Below, piece by piece: positions 49,501 through 61,256 of a DNA stretch of 64,000 nucleotides. The position numbers and the translations under genes are program-made. A model generated the notes under the pieces. The model was not told the DNA's origin, made no database searches, and saw only the letters and a list, made by a program, of their open reading frames with translations. The stretch lies in NCBI GenBank assembly GCA_950097015.1, contig CATNEN010000038.1, positions 4,960,001 to 5,024,000 of the forward strand. Reading direction: 5' to 3'. The stretch is from Macrostomum hystrix. Taxonomy: Eukaryota > Animalia > Platyhelminthes. Each line of letters begins with the position of its first letter. Positions within the stretch are counted from its first letter, which is position 1.

Positions 49501-52500
49501 TCGCCTTCTCGCCATCTCGTCTTCTCGTCTTCCCGCCTTCTCGACTTCTCGTCTTCCCGCCTTCTCATCTTCTCGCTATCGCTTCCTCTCGCCCTATCAT
49601 CCTCTCGCCCTCTCGCCCTCTCGCCCTCTAACTCTCTCGCCCCTTCCTCTCCCCCTCTCGCCCTATCCGCCTTTCGCCCTCTCGCCCTCTCACCCTCTCG
49701 CGATTTGTAGAGTCCTTGCATTCGCCATTTTACTAGTCTCTTTGCCCTGGATCATTCACGCCCTCCTCGTCAACGCTCATCGTTTTCCTTCTCGTATCCT
49801 CTTACTCATAATTTTCCTTTGCTTTTAACTGGCTATTTGGGTGTTTTCATAATTTTTTAAATAAAATATAGCTAGTCGACTTAAGCCTTGGCGGTCTCAC
49901 CCATCTCACTTGTTGACTATAATTTAAGCACAGTCAGTCTCGTTCCCAGGTCCTAGTATAAGTACGAATCAGTATGTTGGTGAAGCATTCTAGACGTTGA
50001 AAACATGTTTAATGGACTCGTAATGGCAGGCTCAGCTCTGAAAGGGACAATTAGACAATAGCGCCGTGCTTCAACAAGCTATTGTATAGAGCTCAGCAAA
50101 TCGATTTTCTCGGAGTTCAGAGACCAGACCGTGTCGCTTAATTGAAGGCAGAGAGTTCAATAGTGGCCAGACAAATAACTCAAGCAGCACGCGTGATGCT
50201 CCGCACTTTTCCAACTGTATCGATAGCCATACGACTGTATTCAACGACACAAAGTTATTTCACAGTGGATCAGCTAAAGGTTTCAAGCTTTAGATTGAAC
50301 CAAAGATTTCAATCTAAACCCTCCAGTTTCCTTCAGACGGCTTCCTTCAGACGGTCTCCTTCAGACGGTCTCCTTCAGACGGCCTCCTTCAGACGGCCTC
50401 CTTCAGACGGTCTCCTTCAGACGGTCTCCTTCAGACGGCCTCCTTCAAAAGTTTTTCTTCAGACGATCTACTTCCGATGGTCTCCTTCAGATGGTCTCCT
50501 TCAGAGGGTCTCCTTCAGATGGTTTCCTTCAGACGGTCTACTTCAGACGGCCTCCTTCAGACGGCCTCCTTCAAAAGTTTTTCTTCAGACGATCTACTTC
50601 CGATGGTCTCCTTCAGACGGTCTCCTTCAGACGGTTTCCTTCAGACGGTCTCCTTCAGAAGGTCTCCTTCAGACGGCTTCCTTCAGACGGTTTCCTTCAG
50701 ACGGCTTCCTTCAGACGGCTTCCTTCAGACGGTCTCCTTCAGACGGTCTCCTTCAGACGGCCTCCTTCAAAAGTTTTTCTTCAGACGATCTACTTCCGAT
50801 GGTCTCCTTCAGACGGTCTCCTTCAGATGGTTTCCTTCAGATGGTCTCCTTCAGACGGTCTCCTTCAGATGGTTTCCTTCAGATGGTCTCCTTCAGACGG
50901 TCTCCTTCAGACGGTCTCCTTCAGATGGTTTCCTTCAGATGGTCTCCTTCAGACGGTCTATTTCAGACGGCTTCCTTCAGACGGTCTCCTTCAGACGGTC
51001 TCCTTCAGACGGCCTCCTTCAGACGGCCTCCTTCAAAAGTTTTTTTTCAGACGATCCACATCCGATGGTCTCCTTCAGACGGTCTCCTTCAGACGGTTTC
51101 CTTCAGACGGTCTCCTTCAGAAGGTCTCCTTCAGACGGTTTCCTTCAGACGGCCTCCTTCAGACGGCCTCCTTCAGACGGCCTCCTTCAGACGGCCTCCT
51201 TCAAAAGTTTTTCTTCAGACGATCTACTTCCGATGGTCTCCTTCAGACGGTCTCCTTCAGACGGTTTCCTTCAGACGGTTTCCTTCAGACGGTTTCCTTC
51301 AGATGGTTTCCTTCAGACGGTTTCCTTCAGACGGTTTCCTTCAGACGGTTTCCTGCTGAGAATTCTTACCGGCAGTTTCCACCGTTGCTAGTCAATGGTG
51401 GCTACCAGTTTAAAGCTAACAGCTACTTTTTAATAAATTCTTTATATCTCCTTTAAGTTCATCTCGCATCATCGATACCTCGCCATTCCAAAACTTTAGG
51501 CTGTACTAAAATATCTAATCAAATCGAAACTTGCTTCAGACCCAGTTGCTGCAATGGTTCGGCCCAAGGAATCCACACATACCACTGACCATGGGAGGCA
51601 CGAAGTTCAGCAAGGACCCACGGCTGCACTTGGGCCGAGCCACAATGGGCGCCTACCAGGAATGGAGCCTGACCATCGACTTCCTTGAAATGGCCGACGC
51701 TGGGGAATATCGATGCGCCTTTAACTCGGACGATCGGCTGAAGTTCGTCAACACGCTCAATGTGACTGGTGAGGGATATTTTAACTAAAAATGTATTCTA
51801 GCACTAGCAAAATATAATTGAGGTTCTTTTAAGAAATTTACGAGGAACTCCTAGTGAAATGACAGCTAAGGAATTCCCAGTGAAACGACAGCTAGGGAAA
51901 TCCCGGCGAAAGACCGGGAAGGGAAATCCCTGGGAAAGGCTAGAGAAATCCCGGTGAAAGACAGGCAAGGGAAATCCCTGTGAAAGGCTAGAGAAATCCC
52001 GGCGAAAGTCCAGTAAGGGAAATCCCCGGGGAAAGGCTAGGGAAATCCCGGTGAAAGACAGGCAAATGAAATCCCCGGGCAAAGGCTAGGTAAATCTCCA
52101 GGGAAAGGCTAGGGAAATCCCGGTGAAAGACAGGCAAGGGAAATCCCTGGGAAAGGCTAGGGAAATCCCGGTGAAAGACAGGCAAATGAAATCCCCGGGC
52201 AAAGGCTAGGTAAATCCCGGTGAAAGACAGGCAAGGTAAATCCCAAAGGAAAGGCTTGGGAAATCCCAGCGAAAGAGGAATGAAACCTCGGTCTTTTACT
52301 TAAACACCAATGAATTTCATAAAGTTATTTTTGAATTACCATATTATTGTTGCAAAAATCAAAATTTTTTTTCAGAACCTGAGATCAGAATTGCCTACTC
52401 AGGCTCACCAGGTAAGCTTATGTCAGTTTCTCATTCGTTTTTTACATAATTTCTACTCTGAACATTTTTTAGAGATGAGATTAAAAAAATTGTCAAAGAT

Positions 52501-55500
52501 TTCTCTTCTCAAAGTCATCATAGTTTACAATAATTACTCGCGCAGGTGCATGCTGAGGGGCGAAGCACAGATTACTATAAATTATAGCCTAAAATGAGCA
52601 ATTTTCTAGCACTGCTCACATATAACGTGTGATTTGCCCGCTGCGAATTTCGACTTTTTCTTTGTCTTTTGGCCTCCCATCTGATGAAATGAGAAGTCAT
52701 TTATTTAATTTCACTGAGGCACAAACTACTTGGGAATAATTTTCCTTTGATTCTGTCTTTCCTTATGAGGCCACTTCGGCTTGATGTGTACTTTTGCCTC
52801 TGTAGGCCGATCAATGTTATACTGTTCAAGGATAGATGGTGATTAAAAATCTAATCTATTTTTATTAAAAAAACCATCACTATAACTGCTGGTAGATTGT
52901 TGGTAGAATGAGAGTAGATTGACGGTAGATTGATGGTAGATTGATGGTAGATTGATAGTAGAATGAGTGTAGATTAATGGTAGATTGATGGTAGATTGAT
53001 GGTAGATTGATGGTAGATTCATGGTAGATTCATGTTAGATTGATGGTAGATTGATGGTAGATTGATGGTAGATTGATGGTAGATTGATGGTAGATTGATG
53101 GTAGATTGATGGTAGATTCATGTTAGATTGATGGTAGATTGATGGTAGATTCATGTTAGATTCATGGTAGATTCATGGTAGATTCATGGTAGATTCATGG
53201 TAGATTCATGGTAGATTGACAGTCTATTCATGGTAGATTGATGGTAGATTGATGGTAGATTGATAGTAGAATGAGAGTAGATTAATGGTAGATTCATGGT
53301 AGATTGATGGAAGATTCATGGTAGATTCATGGTAGATTCATGTTAGATTGATGGTAGATTGATGGTAGATTGATGGTAGATTGATGGTAGATTGATGGTA
53401 GATTGATGGTAGATTGATGGTAGATTCATGTTAGATTGATGGTAGATTGATGGTAGATTCATGTTAGATTCATGGTAGATTCATGGTAGATTCATGGTAG
53501 ATTCATGGTAGATTCATGGTAGATTGACAGTCTATTCATGGTAGATTGATGGTAGATTGATGGTAGATTGATAGTAGAATGAGAGTAGATTAATGGTAGA
53601 TTCATGGTAGATTCATGTTAGATTGATGGTAGATTGATGGTAGATTCATGTTAGATTGATGGTAGATTGATGGTAGATTCATGTTAGATTGATGGTAGAT
53701 TGATGGTAGATTCATGTTAGATTCATGTTAGATTCATGGTAGATTCATGGTAGATTGACAGTCTATTCATGGTAGATTGATGGTAGATTGACAGTCTATT
53801 CATGGTAGATTGATGGTAGATTGACAGTCTATTCATGGTAGATTGATGGTAGATTGACAGTCTATTCATGGTAGATTGATGGTAGATTTATGGTAGATTG
53901 ATCGTAGATTGATGGTAGATGGGTGGTTGATTTATAATCAATGGTTGATTGAGTGATTGATAATAGATAAATGACAGTCCTTGTAGTCCCAGCATGAGCA
54001 GTAAGCGCTCATGCTAAATAAAAGTGCAATGACGCACATCGCACCACCTGCGGTACTTTTCACACCTCTGTGAGCACACAATGGCCGTAACTGAATAATA
54101 AGTTTCTCTTGGTCGGAGGCCCAGCGAGATCAATCGAGTTGTCTCTGATTGTCACGCCGAACCCAATCCAACTGGCAAACTGGCCTGAGTTTGTTTGACT
54201 CGCATGACTTTTGAGGTGAGATTGGCAACGAGGGGATCGAGAGAGAGAAGAGCGACTTAGGTAAGTCATTAGTTCGATGAGGTGTGAATGTAGCGAGTTA
54301 CTAAAGAGCAGGTGGTGCATTGGAACACATTAGATTTGCTTGCAGCGGTCATCAACTCGCTGTGCTCATCCCTCTGAGCTGCTGTACTCAATTCCAGCAG
54401 CTCCTAAACCCGATATAGACCCTATCTCTATAGTCGGCATAAGTGCTGGCACTCCAGGCCCACTCGTCACCTCAGCGCCTCACCTGGCGTTGCCACCCCG
54501 CCCCACCGGAGTGGAAGACCAGTCCCTCCACCCAGGCTTGGCACCATAAAAGCAGCTCAGACAACAACTATACTGCCGCGGATCAGTTTTCGGCTAGGAG
54601 CCTATAAACAGACGTTTGCCCGCGCACTTTTTATTTCCTTGTGCAACGAATTGCTCATGGCTGGCTGAGCAGAGGCCCAGTCTAGTCGCTACAGCCGTCT
54701 AATTCTGATTGGTTTAATCAAAAAAATTCCCGACGTCTCACAGCTCGCCGAAGCGGGGTTGCCAATAAAATCAAAGGTCTTTTAGGCGAAACTGAGAGTT
54801 AACGCGGGTGGGTTGCACTTTAGCTGCAGTTTCGGCGGGTGAGAGTGCATAGCCAATCAGATAATTGTGATAAGACTTGGAGTCACTCCAAGACAGACAA
54901 ATATAAAATGGAGAATTTAGGGCTGGACGAGATGTAGAAAGTGAGACTGCGGTAAAGAAGAATTATTTGATTGATGAGTAATTACACATCGCGGTGGAGA
55001 GTTAAGCCCCAGCTCGACAGGGCTCTGGTGTTTCGCCTATAAAAGTGCATCGACAGCCGAAATGAATTCTCGATATTGTTTCGTCTCGACCGCTTTCTTT
55101 CAAACTGTGGAGGACCTTAACCTCATGGGAATAAGAGCAGGCAGAAACTACTTATCCCCCACTTACCACTGCTAGCAAGCACTGCTTTACTGTACCGAAA
55201 AAATTTAGTGTGCGCTTTAAGTTTAGTAAAAATTATTTTTATTTTAGAAGTTCCTAAAATTCACATTTTTTTTTCACGGATACAATGAATGTGGCAACTG
55301 TTGCGTGGCAATAATATATCATTCCAACTCTTTCAGAGAAAGTGCATGTCTGGGCTTCCGTCTGTTGCATGACTTGTCTGAATTTTACCAGAAAATTTTG
55401 CCTACTTTTTCTCATAGCAACTTTTTTAAAAGTATACCATCTGGTAACAGCCTTTCACTGACACCCTTCCTGGCACTTCACTGGCTTGCCTGTACCATTC

Positions 55501-58500
55501 ACTCGCAATCTTCCTGGCACTTCACTGGCTTGCCTGTACCATTCACTCGCAATATTCCTGACACTTCACTGTCTTGCCTGTACCATTCACTCGCAATCTT
55601 CCTGACACTTCACTGTCTTGCCTGTACCATTCACTCGCAATCTTCCTGACACTTCACTGTCTTGCCTGTACCATTCACTCGCAATCTTCCTGACACTTCA
55701 CTGTCTTGCCTGTACCATTCACTCGCAATCTTCCTGACACTTCACTGTCTTGCCTCTACCGTTCAGATAAGCAATTAGTTCATCTTTGCATCAATCTGAC
55801 AGTCTCTGACAGTCGACAAACATTGCCATTCTACCATGCTAAGTCTCCAGCCTTGTGTGTCGCATAGCTTCTTAGTTCTAACACTCCTCCAATGCCGACG
55901 CGTCGACCAACTCAGCAGCACCTGAGTAGCTCCGGAGCGGTCCCGGATGAATAGCTAATCAGTGCCGATCTGTCGTCTGCTGCGGGCCCGCAGTTTCTTA
56001 GAATTTGTTGACGCTGAAAAAAAATCACCAGCTGTGGGGGAGGCGAGGAGAATATTTTCAAGAGGCCGGCGCGGAGGTGGCGGTCGCGCGCGGTAGATGA
56101 AAGGCGGGCCCGCAGCCGGCTTTAGCAATATTTTCACACCTTGCCAACCTTCTACTAGCCCGGAGCTCAACTGGCAAGCCTCCAAACCTCAAACAATACG
56201 CGATGCTCCATATCTCACTCTCATGAAGAATTTACCTGGCTGTTGTTGCCCCGTACGTGCCTGAGCATAGACTCAACAAATTATTATGCATCGCAGAATC
56301 CTGCTCTGCAACAACAAAGAATGAAGTGCCTCCAGAGGAATTAAACTATTCGTAAATTGGTCCCACCATAAGTACACTTTCATGTAGATTCTGGCACCTG
56401 TGTATGTGCTGGTTGTCAGTGCCTCCAAGCCAGACCACACCGTCAACAAACCGATTCCAGTGGAGATCTCGGTGCCCCGACAGCTGCGCTGGGGCTCGAG
56501 CGCCCAATTCAAGTGCTGGTCCTACAGCAACACCAAGGACGACATCGACATCAACTGGAACCGCGGTCAGTGGCCGGCAAAGCGCTGGAATCTGGTGATG
56601 CAGCCGGACGGAACAACCCGGTCTCGGATCGAGAGCCAGTTTACTCTGAGCAATGTCACTCTAGTGGACGGTGGCAACTATACCTGCGTCAAGACTCGAT
56701 TTCAGGACGGCCTGGTGCTCGGCTCTGCGACGGCTATTCTCGGAAAAGGTAAGACTAAACCTTAATTAACAATAGAAAGATCACGGCGTATTTCAAATGC
56801 CCACATATTTCTTTTCTCTGTATTTAACAAAATATTCAACATTCAAATCCAGAACTCAGGCAAATTTTCCCACTCTATCCAATGAAACAACTTTCACAAT
56901 CACAAAACTTCAGCATCGTCGATATATTTAACGACTCTAGTCGGGGTGTCTGGTATAAATAACCATCATTACCAGCGAGTGATGAAAAATTTCATTATGT
57001 AACCATGTCAGCTTTTATTTTTTACTGTATTTTATCGATAATATTGTCAAATTATGCACTTTTCAACCAATAAATATTCGCCAAAGAGGTTTATGCGGTC
57101 GGTGGCAGAGCGGTTAACAAGTTTGCCACTCGCACCAAGGTCCCTAAGTTCGATTTCACGGCGAGGCCACATTTATTTGGGGCGCAGCAGCGGAGAGAGG
57201 GCTTGTGGGCTTGTCGTGCAATTTACGCACTCGAGGGCCAACCTCCAAGGCACAGAGATGTGTACACTGTACACTGACGATGAGAAAGACAGGGCAGATG
57301 TACACGTCTGTGTGATGTGAGTGTGTGCTTGCGTACGGTATCTGTGTGCTTGTGTGCTCAGAAGTCAGCGAATCTGGCAGAACTCCCCACTCGCTGGCTT
57401 TGGGTCTAGTGTCACCAAATAATGTGCCATTGCCCGCAGCCTTCCTGCAATTAGTATTATTGTTATTATTAAGAGGCTTATACAAAACAATGTTAATTGT
57501 CCTTGATACAAGGGTCTTCGACAAAAACTGCTGAATATCTCGACGATCCTGACTTGGACGGCTTTGAAAGTTAGTTCATTGTAAAGGGGGAAATGTTTAG
57601 ATCCAATTTATGGACTTTCACGAATATTGATCATGTGTTTTTGGAGCTATCGTGAAGGAGGCAGAGAATATTTGAAATACTCCACGTGGAATTTCTCAAA
57701 GTGGAAAACAGCGCGGTCTCTCTATTTTTCAACCAGCCTCAAGACCCCAGGACGTCGGGACGGAGAAAGTCAGGACGGATGTACACTATCTTTGTGTGTG
57801 CCAGCGTCAGGCCCACAGCCATCCAGCAAATAGTATGACTATTTAACTTTTTGCTCATTCTTGCAGTTCGTCTGAGCAGCAAAATGAGACAACTGTTGGG
57901 ACCGCTGCTGGATTCGAAGCCAAAGGCCCCGCCGCAGCCGCCGAAGCCACCGCAGCAGCCACAATATCCTTATTATCCAACGCAGCAGGAAATATGGCGA
58001 CAGCAGCAGCAGCAGCAGCAGCGGCAGCAAGGCCTGCAGCAGTATCCCGGTACAAAGACTGAAGGTGCCATACTCAATGATGCAGGTAATATTGATAGTA
58101 GTATATGGAAATCGCATGTCGCACTTTTAAGATGCACCTTTACTTCTATTATTGCCCAGACCGAGGGAAGTTTTCATTTCGTAGTGAAATTATATCAATA
58201 TATTTTTTAAGCTTTGCTTCAAGCACTCTAAATAATTAGAAAAGTTTTATTTTTCTAGTGTAACATACTACTATTTGTCACGAGTAGCATCGCAACGCAT
58301 TTTTGTCGGCAATGGGACATCATTTAGTAACACTAGACCCGCAGCCGACGAGGGCTCTGCCCATTTTACGTATTTTGCCCGTTCCGCTGACTCCTGAGCA
58401 CACCTGGCACACTTTCTCATCGTGAGGCAGTGTACACTCACTGTGCCTTAGAAATTGGTCTCAGGGGTGTAAATGGCACGAAAAGCTCCCTAAAGTAATG

Positions 58501-58754
58501 TGGTGCGAGTAAGACCGCTCCGCCACCTACCCTCCTCATTAAGAGTCTAAAAAATAGATTAAAATAATTTGGTTTCAGGCCCATCATCGTCTGGGGAGCG
58601 TCAGCGCCCAGCACCACCGCCCGAGCCCGACTTCGCCTACAGCGAACCCGGCGGCAGGCGAGGCAGGAACTCGGCCGGTGTTCGATGCCGCCAGTGGCTG
58701 TCTGTGCAGCTGGCTACGGCAGCAATACTGTTGCTGCTGGTAGCTGCTCTCTGA
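34537..58754 (+). CDS. GPI-anchored two-Ig-domain cell-surface protein (DPR/zig/IgLON-like architecture)
   Basis: Exons: 34537-34636 (signal peptide), 40417-40541 (GDSVTMRC), 51540-51768 (LQWF..WSLTI..DAGEYRC), 52376-52411 (36-nt micro-exon), ~56435-56748 (FKCW..INW..DGGNYTC; acceptor uncertain), 57867-58085 (P/Q-rich) and 58579-58754 (NSA + hydrophobic tail). Phases are compatible, with AATAAA near 58790. Confidence 0.8.
34890..35875. repeat. 31/33-bp minisatellite (ctgtccatgcacctgtctactctctccctac)
   Basis: About 30 tandem copies in intron 1 of the Ig gene. Confidence 0.95.
37498..38085. repeat. 21-bp minisatellite (gagatcatgagacttcagggt)
   Basis: Tandem copies. Confidence 0.95.
38810..39080. 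repeat. 12-13-bp pyrimidine-rich repeat (ctgactctcccc)
   Basis: Tandem copies. Confidence 0.9.
40598..40822. repeat. Degenerate 21-bp repeat (cagttttacgtcaatctcacc)
   Basis: Reverse-complement relative of the 41650-43430 unit. Confidence 0.7.
41650..43430. repeat. 21-bp minisatellite (gagattgatgtagaactgggt) with higher-order blocks
   Basis: About 85 copies. The landmark ggtgtataactggaaaagagag recurs at ~41951, ~42224 and ~42707. Confidence 0.97.
44127..44345 (+). mobile_element. SINE family A copy (3'-truncated)
   Basis: tRNA-like head gagtggcagagtgg...gttcaaatcc plus family body. Confidence 0.8.
44385..45542. repeat. 32-bp minisatellite (gagacacagaattgaaggtttcaggaataggt)
   Basis: About 36 contiguous copies with no spacers. 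Confidence 0.97.
46180..46475 (-). mobile_element. SINE family A copy
   Basis: Reverse complement of head and body. Confidence 0.8.
46503..46840. repeat. 30/32-bp minisatellite (gactgctatgactccctcaaatcctggatagt)
   Basis: About 11 copies. Confidence 0.92.
48068..48690. repeat. 14-bp minisatellite (gtgacgttttctca)
   Basis: About 42 copies. Confidence 0.95.
50328..51355. repeat. 14-bp minisatellite (ccttcagacggtct) with higher-order landmarks
   Basis: Tandem copies; the aaaagtttttcttcagacgatc landmark recurs 5 times. Confidence 0.95.
51870..52280. repeat. Dimeric minisatellite (ggaaatccc...gaaag; ~21+26 bp)
   Basis: Alternating subunits. Confidence 0.85.
52890..53920. repeat. 11-bp minisatellite (gtagattgatg/gtagattcatg)
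   Basis: About 90 copies, including a ~310-bp block duplication. Confidence 0.95.
55465..55762. repeat. 44-bp tandem repeat
   Basis: cctgacacttcactgtcttgcctgtaccattcactcgcaatctt, about 6.5 copies. Confidence 0.92.
57095..57472 (+). mobile_element. Near full-length SINE family A with (TAT)n tail
   Basis: A box ggtggcagagcgg, B box gttcgattt, family body, tail ttagtattattgttattatt. Confidence 0.85.
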
Positions 58755-60159
58755 TGCGCGCAGTGACACTTCAACGTCAGTTTTAGTTCAATAAAAATGT
58801 TCAACTGCTAATCTCTGTTGTCTTGACCACATCAAAAATGGAGGTGCCGATTCACACCTTTCACATGTTAACCTGTTAGATAGTGATAATGTTGCAGGAG
58901 AGCTGGGGCACTGGTACATCACTTAGTGCCAGTCGACCCACAGCCAGCGAGAGGCGAATTCGTCCATTCCGCTGACTCCTGAGCACACACGCACGCACAG
59001 ATAGGGGGCATAAATTGCACGAAAAGCCAGGTTTCAGTCAGGTAAACTCATGTCTAACAGGTCGACGGATAATCTGCGCCACCTGTCTATGATTCGCTTG
59101 TGTGTTAAATTTATATTTCGTGATTATTTTAATCGCCCAGAAATTCGATCATCGTACCCAAGTGACACCAGTATAAATAAAAAAACAATAGTTGATTACA
59201 CGGCCCGACTGAGTCAGATGTGCAGTCAACAGCACAGCCTTAGCTATTGCATCTGAAGGCTGTTCAGTCCATGGACACTTAGGATCTCATCCAGACACTC
59301 AGTTTCACAGCTGGGTGAGCTGATGCAATCTATCGCTAAGTAGCATGCTGAAATTTATTACCTGAATTTCAGTAAATGAGTAATTATTTTTTTTCGCTGG
59401 CCAATTTTCTTACTCACGAACAGAAATGAAGCGAAAAGAAGTTTTTTTCCACTTTAATTCATGATTGGCTAATGCTTCTTTATGATTTGCATTTATTGTT
59501 CTTGTCAGTTCGATGCGATTGCCCTGTTTCTACCTTCACATTGTATAGCCAGAGCCTGACGCCAGATCTACATGTATGTTCGCAAAGTGTTAAAACATTT
59601 CCCACTCAGTACCATGAGTGCGTGTCTACTGACTTAGTAGTATGAGACGATTACGGTCACGCGATTTATTTGATGCAATGCAATCGAGCGCATGAAATAA
59701 ATAAAAACTGAATTATGTGCAGAACCTTTCTATCGAGTTCCAATAGAAAATTTAATGAGAAATAACAGCTGCATATAAATGTACTCTCGTATCGGTCAGC
59801 CACCATAACCAATGAAAAGTGTTCGACTATTGTTAATTTTCGAAAGTGCGACTAGTAATGCTATATTGAAACTACAGCTCCCTTCTATATATACCTACTA
59901 TATATGATTACAGTGGAGCTCAGCCATAGACTAATTGCACTCTGACAGTTAATTGTCTATGGTAGCAAATTCTCAGTTATTTTGACTCACATTTGTCTTG
60001 ACTATATGACAATGGCTATCTAGGCTCAGTCCGGCAATCAATCAATATGGTTAAAGTCTTAGACAAATCTCGAGAAAATCTGCATCAAGCACCATAGACC
60101 AGGAACAATATCCAAAAAGTAGTGGCGTCGAGAACTTCAACAAAATTGGATTACTTTTT

Positions 60160-60315
60160 TGCTGGAGGGCTGCTGGCAATGGCACATCATTTTGTGACAC
60201 TTTTGTCTTTGTGACACGGCTGCACCCCAAATGAATGTGGCCTCGCCGAGGAATCGAACTTAGGGACATTGGCACCAGCGGAAAAACGCGTTAACCGCTC
60301 TGCCACCGACCCCCG
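60160..60315 (-). mobile_element. Internally deleted SINE family A
   Basis: Head joined to the 3' end. Confidence 0.7.
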
Positions 60316-60324
60316 ACATTTGAT

Positions 60325-60603
<279 letters not shown>

Positions 60604-61256
60604 TTTAATTTACCTTTTTATGTTTTCTTGACATTTGAAGAACGTTTTACAAGAAGCGACATGCCTGCTGCTGTCTGCTTTTTTAACAGCCTTATTTCTC
60701 ATCAAAAAATCAATTTGACAAAATATAATGGTGAAACCCGCAGTCGTACTTCGACTGGAAAGAGTAACTACAATTGTCGGTTGGTGGCTGTACAAAAAAT
60801 CAGTTTTTCTTGTAGTTTTTTTCCACATATTTTTCAGGTGATAAGTCACGTGAAGCTTAACATGAAGAAGTTCAAATGTAATGATGGTTAATGGAAACTT
60901 AAAAAGATGTTAATGTCATCCAGCTACAGAAATGGAGTTTAAGGACACATTTACTATACAGCAATTTATAAATCTAAGATCTTGCCTTAGCATATTAAAG
61001 TATCTTACTGTCATAAGTTTGTTAATTTTTTCACAGATCAAATTTCTTTCTTTGTTTCAAAGCAAATAAGTTTCACCTGTTCAGATGAGGCATGCAATTC
61101 AATATTGTTTAATTAAACGGAATCCTTGGATAAAAAAACTGATGCTTGAGCTTCTGCTTCCGTTTGAATACGATCACAAGAGAGAAACAGCGCATGTGCG
61201 TAAATACACGGCTAACTGTTCTCAGCTACGGGAGGGTGCAACCCCCCCTCAGGCTC

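Noticed and set aside
57095-57170. tRNA genes
   Set aside because: The A/B-box segments are diverged SINE heads attached to SINE bodies, with no intact cloverleaf.
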